Position numbers and translations under genes: made by a program. The notes beneath the pieces are model-generated. The model was given only the letters and a program-made list of their open reading frames with translations. It searched no databases and was not told where the DNA came from. Of a DNA stretch of 64,000 bases, positions 26,056-38,275 are shown in pieces. The stretch is from contig NC_042998.1 of assembly GCF_006345805.1 (NCBI RefSeq), positions 124,001 to 188,000 of the forward strand. The letters are read 5' to 3'. Origin of the DNA: Octopus sinensis (taxonomy: Eukaryota). Numbering within the stretch: position 1 is the first letter of the stretch; every line of letters begins with the position of its first letter.

Positions 26056-26760
26056 GAAGGTGGCAAGCTGGCAGAGTGGTGAGCATGCTGGGGGAAATGC
26101 TTTATGGCATTTTTGTCTATCTTTATGTTCTGAGTTCAAATTCTGCCAAGGTCGACTTTGGTTTTCATCCTTTTGGACTCGATAAAATAAGTACCAAGTG
26201 AACACTAGGGATGAGATGTAATCGACTTACACCCACCCCCGAAATTGCTGGCCTTGTGCCAAAATTTTAAATCAATATAATATTATGATTGAGGGCAGTG
26301 AACTGGCAGAATTGTTATCACATTGGGCAAAATGCTTTGCAGAATTTTATCTGTCTTTAAATTCTGTGTTCAAATTCCACTGTGATCGACTTTGCCTTTC
26401 ATTCTTTTGGTGGGGTGGTGGTGGTGGTGGTGGTGGTGGTGACTAAAGTAAATACCGGTTGAGCACTGGAGTTGATGTAATCCACTTAACCCCTCACCTA
26501 AAATAGATCGACTTGTGCCAAAATTTGAAAGCAATATTATATTATGATTGCATTGGCAGAATCATCAGAACATCAATCAAACGAGTTTTGTGGTATTTAG
26601 TTAAGACTCATTATATCCTGAGTTCAAAATTCAGCTAAAGTTAAACTTTATCATTCATCCCTTTGGGGTTGATAAACTAAAGCACTACCCTGGTACTGAG
26701 ATCAATTTCACTGATTAACTTTGACCTCCCTTAAAACTGCTGACTTTGTGGAGATAAGTC
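26056..26760 (+). mobile_element. Head-to-tail array of about four degenerate SINE B copies
   Basis: Repeated ctggcaga...gagttcaaatt...gactttg...catcc...agtacc modules. Confidence 0.75.
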
Positions 26761-26844
26761 ATTGATATCCTATGTTCCACAGGGAACAAAAGGCTTAAGT
26801 TAAAGCTAAGACAACAACAGATCAAGGCTGCTATTGTAATTTTC

Positions 26845-27075
26845 TCATTTCTTTATTGCCCACAAGGGGCTAAACATAGAGGGGGCAAACAAGGACAGAC
26901 AAAGGGTTTAAGTCGATTACATCGACCCCAGTGTGTAACTGGTACTTAATTTATTGACCCTGAAAGGATGAAAGGCAAAGTTGACCTTGGCGGAATTTAA
27001 GCTCAGAATGTAAAGACAGACAAAATACCACTAGGCATTTTGCCTGGCGTGCTAACATTTCTGCCAGCCTGCCGC
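26845..27075 (-). mobile_element. SINE family B, full length
   Basis: Reverse complement of the 57750 copy. Confidence 0.85.
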
Positions 27076-27514
27076 CTTCATCTATTGTTATTTTCTGGGT
27101 ACCACTGGCCACAATTTTGAGGATCACCACGGAGGAAGTAAAGTTTGCCAGTGCTTGAAACATCGTTGGTCTAAAACTGATCTAATCACTTAAAAAAAAA
27201 AAAATGAATGAACTCATTAGGTAATGTAGTCCTAGAAATATTTTAAAACAGTGGTTCCCAAAGTGGGCAGTATTGCTCCCTTGGGGGTATCAGAAAGAAT
27301 CAGGATGCATTGGAGAAAAGTGGGGTGATAATGGGGTGGCCAAAAGGGGGCAATGGATGTAAAAACAACAACAAAATAATGGGTTAATTAGATAAGTTTT
27401 ATTTAAAAGATGCTTTAAAAGATGACCTGTGGGTACATGACAACAATAGTAACAACAACAACACTGTTGTAATCAAAGGTGAAAGAAGGTAAGGAGTGGT
27501 TAGTTTTAACTTAC

Positions 27515-27597
27515 TTTGCAACTACAATCTGAGCACACATCAATTTCAGAAATCCATCTGGAATTGTTTTCATGGTAATACCCTTCAAATATACAAC
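27515..27597 (-). CDS. NELL: NELL exon, start of VWC domain (GCIFEGYYHENNSRWISEIDVCSDCSCK)
   Basis: Translated by hand. Acceptor atctttatag, donor gtaagt, 83 nt, phase 1-0; VWC C...G......W....C..C.C pattern. Confidence 0.92.
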
Positions 27598-27741
27598 CTA
27601 TAAAGATAAATATACAGTAATAATATGTAAAAGCAAACTTGTGAGAAGGATGCAAAAATGTAAGTAATATTATCAAGACACCTGTGCTTATCTCTTTAGT
27701 ATTTCAACACCTAGCACAAAACCATCTTTCCCTGCCAAATA

Positions 27742-28110
27742 CAGTGTCCCAGAATTAGCTATCTTTTTCAATGAAATTGGGCAAATTTTATAAAAAACTG
27801 ACAGAGTTTTATGCTTATTATTTAATTATGATACCAAAACAAATAGATTTATAAATCTTATGTCAAAACTATTGAAAATTTTCAACATCTGCTCCATTCG
27901 TATCCCTGCAAATTTCAAATTTATCCCTAGTGTTGTGAAACACATCATGAAGTCTTTCAGGAGTTATCTCCTGCACTGTTAGCTGAATGTGTTCTTTAAG
28001 TTCAGCTAAAATATTGCTTCTTCCTAGTGATAAAGGTTGAGATAATGATTCCAGCCAAATGGGGGAAAAAAAAAAGTTGTGGACAGATAAGTGGGATCCA
28101 ATAGGAATGA
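27742..28110 (-). mobile_element. Tc1/mariner relic: transposase C-terminus plus one TIR
   Basis: Minus-strand peptide AELKEHIQLTVQEITPERLHDVFHNTRDKFEICRDTNGADVENFQ resembles Tc1/mariner C-termini; TA|CAGTGTCCC terminus at 27740-27750. Confidence 0.6.
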
Positions 28111-28361
28111 AAAGAAAGTTATAAAAAATTATGAACGAAATTAAAAATTTATACACTTTAACATATTAAATATGATAAACATAAAAGTGAGCTTTTAATA
28201 ATTTGTCTCATTTCACTGAAATAGATAGCTAATTATTGGACATCTTATACACCTCATGTAGTAATAGGAGCCTCCCCTATTTCTTTTTTCCCTAATCTTT
28301 TTCTATTGTGCAAGATACTTAGTAACCTCACTAGTGTTGGTGGCACAAAAAAAATGCTCCC

Positions 28362-28533
28362 AGATGTAGGAGTGGCTGTGCAGTAAGTAGCTTGCTTACC
28401 AACCACATGGTTCCGGGTTCAGTCCCACTGCATGGCACCTTGGGCAAGTGTCTTCTATTATAGCCTCGGGCCGACCAAAGCCTTGTGAGTGGATTTGGTA
28501 GACGGAAACTGAAAGAAGCCTGTCATATATATG

Positions 28534-28570
<37 letters not shown>

Positions 28571-28777
28571 TTGTGTGTATGTTTGTGTTTGTCCCCCCAA
28601 CATCGCTTGACAACCGATGCTGGTGTATTTACGTCCCCGTAACTTAGCAGTTCGGCAAAAGTTACCAATAGAATAAGTACTAGGCTTCCAAAGAATAAGT
28701 TCTGGGGTTGATTTGCTCGACTAAAGGCGGTGCTCCAGCATGGCCACAGTCAAATGACTGAAACAAGTAAAAGAGTA
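28362..28777 (+). mobile_element. SINE family A, full length
   Basis: Near-identical to the 20989 and 24146 copies. Confidence 0.88.
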
Positions 28778-29841
28778 CACTCTGTAGAGTGGTTGACCTT
28801 AGGAAGGATATCCAGCTATAGAAATCATGCCAAAGCAGACAGAGGAGCTTGATGTGGCCTTGCAGCTTGCCAGATCCTGTCAAATTGCCCAACCCATGCT
28901 AGCATGGAAAGTGGACACTAAATGAATCTGAAGATATATTTATAACCATCTGCCTGTCTGCATGCGTATATGTGTGTATCTGTGTGTATGTGGTGGGAGA
29001 ATTGGCATGTATTTCTATTTAAAAATGTAATTAAATATTTATCTACTATCTAAAAGACATTAATTATGCGTTTATAATTTGTAGTTTCCAAAATAAAGAA
29101 TCAGCCAAGTACATAGAAACAAACAACAAAACAAAACAAAACAGAAACATGTATGTATAACCTCAGTTGCCATCAATACCAAGATATGGAAAGAAATTAC
29201 TTGCTGGAGTGATGCCATAAAAGAACTAACCAGAGTGGAGAAAGACAGTACTGTATAATATATAGACAGCAAACCAATGAGGAAGTTTGTGTGTGGTCAC
29301 TCATTCTGCAAGAAACAGCAGCCAAAGCCTTCCTCAAATTACACTGTGCAGTTTTAAAAAAACCTAGAAAAGATACATTAGATAATGTGGTAATGTAATC
29401 CTAGATACACTATTCCTGAATAAAAGACACTTTGGTCATGGCTGAAATGCCCTTGAAGATAAATCTGCTGGATCTAAACAATAACAACAGCAACAACAAA
29501 AATAGAGGAATCAGACTGTTCAAAATCTTTGAAGATATCACACCAACACTTTGTGCCTTCACTTCAAAGAAAAGTAAGGCTGGCAGTTGTGAACTGATTT
29601 TCCCAGTTACATCTTATTTATTATTATTATTATAAATAAAATTATTGATCTCTAATGTCAATAATAAATGAATATAAACTATCTGTTATATCTGCTGAGC
29701 TAGGATATCTGCTGCAGTGAATAATTATTTAACATACTATACAGTATGTGAGTTAATTAATTCTGTATTAATGTGTGTGTGCACACACATACAAATTATA
29801 TGTATATATATAATATATATAATATAATATAATATAATATA

Positions 29842-29881
<40 letters not shown>

Positions 29882-30033
29882 CACATATATATATTATATA
29901 TATATATATATATAGCAATTAAGGACAACTACTTAATAAGGAAAACTTAACAAGAAATTGTCAGGTAGATAGCGTAAAAACCTCATAAGAGAAAAAATTT
30001 CGAAAATAATTATTTCTTATTGAACATATTAAT

Positions 30034-30064
<31 letters not shown>

Positions 30065-30487
30065 TAATATCATATAATATGTATTTAAATTACTCTAAAA
30101 TAAATTTGATGTTATAATGGAGCCTAGTACAGCCCCTGGCTTTACCAGCTACTGTTAACCAGTCCAACACATGCTAGCATGGAAAATGAACGCTAAATGA
30201 TGATGATGAACTGTCAGTGAAGTGTGTGGGCCTGACAATGAAGGTTTGTAATTTTGGTCTAGTTGAATTGGATTGCTTTTGATAGGGTAATCTTGGTAGT
30301 AAATTCATGAAAATAATTATGTAACACTCCACAGAGTCTATGGAGTGTTATATTCAACCTAAGACATATATATATATTTAGCCTCACTGCAAGGAAGCTT
30401 ATCCTAGTTCCCATAGAATCTAAGGGAATAGGAGATATTTCTCTGCAGCTGGATAAACCATTTATGAATTAATTTACAGAGCGTTGC

Positions 30488-30808
30488 CTTACTGGCACTT
30501 GTGCCGGTGGCACGTGAACAAAACATTCGAGCAAGGTTGTTGCCAGTGCTGCTAGACTGACTCCTGTGCAGGTGGCACATAAAAAACACCATTTGAGTGT
30601 GGCCATTGCCAGTACTCCCAGACTGGCCCTTGTGCCGGTAGCACGTAAAAGCACCCTCGGAGTGGTTGGCATTAGGAAGGGCATCCAGCTGTTGAAACTC
30701 TGCCAGATCAAGACTGGAGCCTGGTGCAAACTTCTGGTTTGCCAGTCCTCAGTCAAATCGTCCAACCCATGCTAGCATGGAAAGCGGACGTTAAATGATG
30801 ATGATGAT
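30488..30808 (+). mobile_element. RTE-LINE 3' tail copy
   Basis: GTGCCGGTGGCACGT repeats, GGTTGGCATTAGGAAGGGCATCCAGCTGT, ends GGACGTTAAATGATGATGAT. Confidence 0.82.
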
Positions 30809-31573
30809 TTCATACTCAAAGCTTGGAGTAGAGTTAACTGCAAGCTCCACAAAAATTGAACATCTACAGAAATCAACTATCAATCTCTTTTGACATTATT
30901 GATTTAGGAAGGATTTGCATCAATTGTATATTTCAATCATTGATTTCCTCCAATTTCAGAATATCAAATAAACTAACCCGCTATTCCTCACGAATTTTAT
31001 TTATTCAAGTTAGCAAATCGGTCGAATCTCTACAAATGACACGCCCAAATCTCATAGTAATAAATCTGCTTTTTATTCTAACATATCTCAGCTAAATAAG
31101 TTTTATGAGAAGAAACTCAAACTGGGTATATCATCATCATCATCATCATCATCACCACTACCACCAGCAGCAGCAGCAGCACCACCACCACCACCACCAC
31201 TACCACCACCACCATGCTGGCGTGTTTACGCCCCTGTAACTTAGCGATTTGCTCGACTAAAGGCTGTACTCCAGCATGGCCAGTCAAATGACTGAAAAAA
31301 GTAAAAAAAAAGTGGTGGTGGTGGAGATGTTACAGCCACTGCTGCTGCTGCAATGGCGGCGACTACTACTACTACTACTGTCCTCAGTTACCTCAGATTA
31401 ATGCCTTAAGGAATTTGGTACCGTCATTTATCAAATCAGAGTAATACAGAAGTGATTATAAGTAACAAGTGTTTTAATTACCAAGAAATATAACAATAGT
31501 TATTTCAATAATACTATGATTTCAGGTGGAATCCTTAACGAAATGATTAAAAATAAATATGAATTTTAATTAC

Positions 31574-31690
31574 CGTGAGAGCAGTCATCCTTGTATTTAC
31601 AACGACATTCATAGCTGCCATCAGTATTATAGCACTTAGTGCTTGGATGGCAAGTATGGCCATCTCCCTCACCCAAACATTCATTCAAAT
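31574..31690 (-). CDS. NELL: NELL exon, calcium-binding EGF (DLNECLGEGDGHTCHPSTKCYNTDGSYECRCKYKDDCSH)
   Basis: Translated by hand (absent from ORF track). Acceptor tatttttcag, donor gtaatt, 117 nt, phase 1-1. Confidence 0.93.
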
Positions 31691-31699
31691 CTGAAAAAT

Positions 31700-31928
31700 A
31701 ATAATAATAATAATAGTAATTTCAAATTTTAGCATAGGTCAGCGATTTTAGGGAAGGGGAAAAGTTGATTACTTCGACCCACAGTGTTTAACTGGTACTT
31801 ATTTTATTGACCCTGGAAGGATGAAAGACAAAGTCGATCATGGTGGAATTTGAACTCAGAATGTAGAGACAGACAAAATGCTACTGGCATGCTTAATGGT
31901 TCTGCTAGTTCGTTGCTTTAATAATGAA

Positions 31929-31981
<53 letters not shown>

Positions 31982-32480
31982 TAATAATAATAATAATAAA
32001 AATAAAAATAATGATTTTAAATTTTGACACAAGGTCAGCTAGTTTGGGGGAGGGGCAAGTCGATTACATTGACCCCAATGACAATTGGTACTTATTTTAT
32101 AGATCCTGAAAGGATAAAAGGCAAAGTGGAGCTCAGTAGAATTTGAACTCAAAGCATAGAGATGGACGAAATGCTGCTAAGTATTTTTCCTAGCATTGTA
32201 ACAATTTCGCCAGCTTGCCACCTTAAAATAATGGTTTCAAATTTAATCACAAGGCCAGCAATTTTGGAGGAGGAGGCTAGCCGATTAGATTGAACCCAGT
32301 GCTCAATTGGTATGCATTTCATCGACCCTGAAAGGATGAAAAGGCAAAGTTGACTTAGGTGGCATTTGAACTCAGAATGTAAAACCCGAAGAAATACCAC
32401 TAAGCATTTTGACTGGCATGCTGAAGGTTCTGCCAGCTAACAATCTTAAAAAAAAAAAAAAAAAAATAATGGTTTCAAAT
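31700..32480 (-). mobile_element. Array of about four degenerate SINE B copies with (AAT)n tails
   Basis: Repeated aaggatgaaaggcaaagt.ga....ggaatttgaactcagaa modules separated by (AAT)n. Confidence 0.75.
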
Positions 32481-32704
32481 TTTGGTGCAAGGTTCATAAG
32501 TTTAAGGAGACAAAAATACAAAGGCACCTGATCTTAACAAATAATGCAGAGAAGTCTGCAAGAAAATACATGACATTGGAAGCTTTGTTGCTGCTGGCTA
32601 AGAGTTTGGTGTCAAGGAATCTGCCATAGATTCTAGTCACAAACTGAATGGAGATGATTAATTTATTACTGTGTGTTTTTTCTAACCCAAGCCCCATATA
32701 TATC

Positions 32705-33475
32705 TATCTCAAAAAGTCTTCATGTGAACCTGACCTGGGTGTTATTGTCGACAATGATTTGCATTGGACAAAACACATCGCTAAAATTGTCAAGAAGGCT
32801 GAGGGTGTCTTGGCATCACTCAACAAATCCTTTGTGAGCCGCTCTCCGGCTATCTAGCTGTGGCTTTATATAGCTATGGTAAGAGCTCACCTGGAATTTG
32901 CATCACCAGTCTGGACCCCTATCTTGCCCAGGATATCAATCGTCTGGAAGCCGTTCAGCGACGTGCAACCAAAAGAATACCCTCCATCAGGCATTTGCCA
33001 TATCCTGAACGCCTTACTTCCCTGGGCATGGACACATTGAAACTCCGACGTCTGGCAACTGACTTGGCAGACACCCATAAAATTATCAACCATCGTGAAA
33101 ACAATAACTCTGAGCATCTTTTCAAACTCCACCCATCTAACACCCGTGGACATATTTACAAAGTCAGAAAACAGCACAGCTCCCATGACTTCAGGAAACA
33201 TTTTTTCATGCTGAGAGTTGCTGAAGCGTGAAACAAACTGCCGGAATCAGTTGTTAGTTGTCGGAGCACTGCATCCTTCAAAACTTCCATGCTTTCTGAG
33301 ATTCGCCAACACTACACCTGATTTTCTCCCCTCCATACACACACAAGCATGTATCTGACTCATACATTGTTTGCTTTCCAGACATTTTTACATTACTGCA
33401 TGTACTTTATATGCACTTTCTGACAAGTTGTGGTGCACCTGAGCACTGTATACAATAATTTCATTATATTATATT
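32705..33475 (+). mobile_element. CR1/L2-group LINE, 5'-truncated RT C-terminus and 3' UTR (one stop, one frameshift)
   Basis: KKSSCEPDLGVIVDNDLHWTKHI...LEAVQRRATKRIPSIRHLPYPERL...; same family as 50151-51725. Confidence 0.9.
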
Positions 33476-33480
33476 ATTAT

Positions 33481-35064
33481 ATATATATAAAGCTGAAGTT
33501 GTCTGTGTGTGGCAGGTTTGGTAGCCTTCAACTAACACCATCTCCTCCGAGACCCTGCAGCACACGTTGACCAAAATTGAGAGTATGATAGAAAAAGGCT
33601 TGCTCTTTATTTCGTAGAAGATAAAATTCAAATTGGACCATGTTAGCACCAAAAATTATTTACATAAAAAAGGTGCTTTTTTTCTATGAAAATCCCTATT
33701 TTTTACAATTTTTTGACTGCTGTATCACCATTTTTCGGTGTATTTCAACCAGAAAAATGTTCACTTAAAGAGAATAACAAGCTACATCATCATCATCATC
33801 ATCATCGTCGTTTAACGTCCGTTCTCCATGCTAGCATGGGTTGGACGGTTCGACCAGGGTTCTGGGAAGCCAGAAGGCTGCACCAGGCTCCAGTCTAATT
33901 TGGCAATGTTTCTACAGCTGGATGCCCTTCCTAACGCCAACCACTCCGTGAGTGTAGTGGGTGCTTTTTACGTGCCACCTGCACAGGTGCCAGGCGGGGC
34001 TGGCAACGGCCACGGTCAGATTGGTGTATTTTATGTGCCACCGGCACGGAAGCCAGTCGAGGCGGTGCTGGCATCGGCCACGAGTCGGATAGTGCTTTTT
34101 ACGTACCACCAGACCAGGGATCCTGGCTGGTTCAATTCGATTTCGATTTCGCTTGCCCCAACATGTCTTCACAAGCAAAGGGGGTTGGCAAGGGTGCCTG
34201 TCGTACGGTCGCATTGGAGTATTTTACGTGCCACGGCCACGAGTCGGATAGTGCTTTTTACGTACCACCAGACCAGGGATCCTGGCTGGTTCAATTCGAT
34301 TTCGATTTCGCTTGCCCCAACATGTCTTCACAAGCAAAGGGGGTTGGCATGGGTGCCTGTCGTACGGTCGCATTGGAGTATTTTACGTGCCACGGCCCCG
34401 AGTCGGATAGTGCTTTTTACGTACCACCAGGCCAGGGATCCTGGCTGGTTCAATTCGGTTTCGATTTCGATTTCGATTTCGCTTGCCCCAACATGTCTTC
34501 GCAAGCATGGGGGGTTGGGATGGGTGTCTGTCGTCGGATGAGGTTCTATATCGACTTCGCTTGCCTCAACCGGTCTTTGTGTCCAAGGGAGGAAAGGCAT
34601 TCATAAGTGGGCTGGGCTCACTTGTCCTGCCTGGTCTTCTCACGTACAGAATATTTCCAAAGGTCTCGGTCTCTGGTCATTTCCTCAGTGAGGCCTAAAG
34701 TTCGAAGGTCGTGCTTCACCACCTCGTCCCAGGTTTTCCTGGGTCTACCTCTTCCACGGGTTCCCTCAACTGCTAGGGATTGGCACTTTCTCACACGCCT
34801 ATCTTCATCCATTCTCGCCACATGACCATACCAGCGCAATCGTCTCTCTTGCACACCACAACTGATGCTTCTTAGGTACAACATTTCTCTCAAGGTGCTA
34901 ACGCTCTGTCGAGTATGTACACTGACATTACACATCCATCGGAGCATACTGGCTTCATTCCTCACGAGCTTACTACATAATGCAAAATTTTTACTTTTCA
35001 AAAATTCCAATTCTAAAGGGTTGAAAAGAAAACAAACCCGAGCAACGCCGGGTGATACTACTAG
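33481..35064 (+). mobile_element. Non-autonomous Helitron-like element interrupted by an RTE LINE
   Basis: 3' end has hairpin cccgagcaacgccggg (35037-35052) and CTAG|T at 35061-35065; both termini resemble the 42647-43029 element. Confidence 0.7.
33788..34972 (-). mobile_element. RTE-clade LINE, 5'-truncated: ORF C-terminus, 3' UTR with 159-bp tandem repeats, (GAT)n tail
   Basis: Peptide EASMLRWMCNV...ERRLRWYGHVARMDEDR...EGTRGRGRPRKTWDEVVKHDL is RTE-typical; CTACAT duplication at 33782-33787 and 34973-34978. Confidence 0.92.
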
Positions 35065-35198
35065 TATAACATAAGTTCATTCTTTTCACTGATAAATCTA
35101 TATATTATATTCTAATTTATTATTCACTAACAAATGGTTTCTGGGAAAATATGTACAATATGACAATGAAGATGGATGTTGATGAAAATGTAAATTAC

Positions 35199-35342
35199 CT
35201 GCACATTGCAAGCCATACATGGAGTGTTGATGCCAAGAGCTATCATATCCCTGTTTGCAACGGCAGTAGTACCATCCAGGAATGTTGACACATTCTGACT
35301 GGCCCTGACAGGCATCAATACCCAGTTTACATTCATTGATAT
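35199..35342 (-). CDS. NELL: NELL exon, calcium-binding EGF (DINECKLGIDACQGQSECVNIPGWYYCRCKQGYDSSWHQHSMYGLQCA)
   Basis: Acceptor ttttgtttcag, donor gtaatt, 144 nt, phase 1-1; DINEC and C.N.PGWY.C motifs typical of NELL. Confidence 0.95.
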
Positions 35343-36174
35343 CTGAAACAAAATGATGGAACATACAATGAAACAACTAAAATACAGTAAAAGCTTATTG
35401 GAAAGAGATGTATACAGAGGCAAGTGTAAGGAAAATAAAAGAAAAAGAAAGAGGATGTCATAGAAAATAAAGTAAAAAAGAGTTTCTCTGTCAGTATGGG
35501 GTGGTTATATTGCCATCTTAAGGCATTGGCAAACTGGGTATCTTCCCAGGGGACCCACAGTTTAAAGGGCTCAATTTAGATCCTTGTATGGTGTGGCTTG
35601 CTCTCAGCAAATAAATATAAGGCCCAAGACATTGATTTGTTCAGGGACCTATAATGCTACTATGACAGCCCTGGTAATTATATAAATTATAACATTTTAA
35701 AACTAAATTCTGTTTTAAGTCATACCATATTTTTCCACATATAAGTTGAAGTTTTCTGACCAAAAAAGGTAGGTCAACTTATACAGCAGGACCAAAAAAA
35801 GAAATCTATGTAAAATACTTCAGGATTTGGAAAGTGAGTAACAATATTTGAATGTTACACTACATGTTTACACTATATTCTATTGTAACTTATATGTCAG
35901 AAAAACAGTATATAGGAAAATATTCTGTATTCTACTAAACATTTAATATGGCATGATGAATTTGATGACAGTTAATCTGATGTCAGCCACACCAAAATGA
36001 TATGAATATGGAAATTTGCTTCTTGCAGGGTGTAACATAAAAAATTGTAGGCTTAAATAATTTATTATTTACAACAAAAGAGATTAATTTTAATATCAAT
36101 TTTCAACAAAGAGTTTTCCCTGAGTCACATTCCAAAACAACAGAAAGATTTGAAATTTTAGTGAAGAAACTTAC

Positions 36175-36270
36175 CATTTTCACAATATTTACCCACATAT
36201 CCATATCGGCATTCACATTTATTTGGAGCAATGCAGCGACCACCATTTTTACACTCCGACTCACATACAG
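36175..36270 (-). CDS. NELL: NELL exon, EGF-like domain ([32 protein letters not shown])
   Basis: Acceptor tttatacag, donor gtaagt, 96 nt, phase 1-1; C..C.NGG.C...N.C.C..GY.G..C motif. Confidence 0.95.
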
Positions 36271-36554
36271 CTGTATAAACGAATATAACAAAAGTATGAA
36301 TAATTTGCGATATAAAACAATTAGTGGCTTGAAAAAAAATATTTGTGAAGTAATATAATGTCCAGAAATATGCATATGTTTGCAAGCAACAAGGAAAATT
36401 TACTCAAAACATCTTCATGGGGCTGTTTGGAATGTAAAATCAATTTATACTGAAGCATCAAACTTGACTAATAAATAACTAGTATCGTCTACAAAAATAG
36501 AGATATTTTTTTTTACCATCAAATAAATATCAAATGGAAATTGTAGTTATGATA

Positions 36555-36880
36555 CCCGTGCCGGTGGCACATAAAAAGCAGCATCCGAACGTGGCCAATG
36601 CCAGCGCCACCTTGTCTGGTTTCTGTGCTGGTGGCATGTAAAAAAGCACCCACTGATCGTTGCCACTGCCAGCCTCCCCTGGCACCTATGTCGGTGGCAT
36701 GTAAAAAGCACCCACTACACTCACAGAGTGGTTGGCATTAGCAAGGGCATCCAGCTGTAGAAACACTGCCAGATCAGACTGGAGCCTGGTGCAGCCTCCT
36801 GGCTTCCCAGACCCCAGTTGAACCTTCCAACCCGTGCTAGCACGGAAAGTGGATATTAAACGATGATGATGATGATGATG
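36555..36880 (+). mobile_element. RTE-LINE 3' tail copy
   Basis: Same terminal sequence and (GAT)n tail. Confidence 0.82.
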
Positions 36881-37179
36881 AAATATTTGGGATAAATGCT
36901 CTGTCAAATTCATTGCATTATTTGGATATTACTGAAAACTTTATCTTGGCTGCAGTTTATCCCTTTTGATACCAACTCTGGTTCTAAGAAACAAACTTCC
37001 TGCTTTTAAAGTGTTCTAAATTAAAACCATCCCTCAAAATTTCATGTTAATTTATGTTTCAAGCACCAGCTTAATAACAACAAAAGTTATTTTACTAAAT
37101 TCGTCATTATTTTCAAAATTACTTGAATGAAAGACAGTGTATTTCAACAGGAATATGGCAACAAAAGGGTTATATATAT

Positions 37180-37547
37180 CTAGACAAGCACCATTCGAGC
37201 ATGATCATTACCTGCGTCACATTACTGGCACTTGTGCTGGTGGCATGTGAAAAAACATTCGAGCAAGGTCGTTGCCAGTGCCGCTGGACTGGCGCCTGTG
37301 CAGGTGGCACATAAAAAGCACCATTTGAGCGTGGTCGCTGCCAGTACCACCTGACTGGCCCTCGTGCCAGTGGCACATAAAAGCACCCTCTCGGGGTGGT
37401 TGGCATTAGGAAGGGCATCCAGCTGTAGAAACTCTGCTAGATCAGATTGGTGCCTGGTGCAACCTTCTGGTTTGCCAGACCGCAGTCATATCGTCCAACC
37501 CATGCTAGCATGGAAAGCAGACGTTAAACGATGACGATGATGATGAT
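37180..37547 (+). mobile_element. RTE-LINE 3' tail copy
   Basis: Near-identical to 30488-30808. Confidence 0.82.
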
Positions 37548-37709
37548 AACTATCATAATTAAGCAATTCCCTCTAAACTATATTCCAAGGAAGGTTTGAG
37601 ATGAGGATTTTAGTCTAACAGTTCAACGTTTATAAAACATAATGGGTACTTCACCTCCTACAAAAACTTGCCCCAAAATCTGACAGTTGTATGATAACTT
37701 ACTGATTAA

Positions 37710-38275
37710 CCCTTTAGCATTTAGATTTCTCTGTCAAATGTAATGCTTATATTCAAATTCTTTTAAATTAATCATACATTATCTTGTAGTTTTAAGATTA
37801 TAATGATGTGATTGCTTATATTTATGCTTCTTTATTAGCTACACAGGGCTAATATTAGCTTCTTTATTAGCCACACAGAGGGGACAAATTACAAAGTAGA
37901 GCTTTTCTTTTTGGGGAGAAAAAAAAAGAAAAAAAGGGGAGTAGGTTTTCGATCAAAAGGGATCGTAAAAAAACAAAAAACGATCAATAGGGATCGTGTA
38001 TCACAGAAATGTCATGATGTAAAGTGTAAAGGTGGCAACAGATAAGGTTTCTCCGTGGAAAGAAAAGCCTACGGAAAAGACCACGGTAACCTCGGTCAAT
38101 AATGTCACATGTTAACACATTTATTTGCAAGTAAGTAACTCTCTGCTTAAAATTTTTCCAGGTTCATACTAGATATTGATATTGTAGGATAGATGTTAGA
38201 GGTCAGACCTAACCAGTTTGAACATAAAACATGCAGAATAGTTGGCCAGATATGGCCAGTTTAAATGCTAAAGGG
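37710..38275. mobile_element. TTAA-target MITE family 1, apparently with an internal insertion
   Basis: ttaa|ccctttagcattta ... taaatgctaaaggg|ttaa. Confidence 0.72.

Noticed and set aside
33828-34698. Plus-strand ORFs of 147-237 aa with internal peptide repeats
   Set aside because: They are antisense to the RTE 3' UTR and come from its 159-bp (multiple of 3) tandem repeat.
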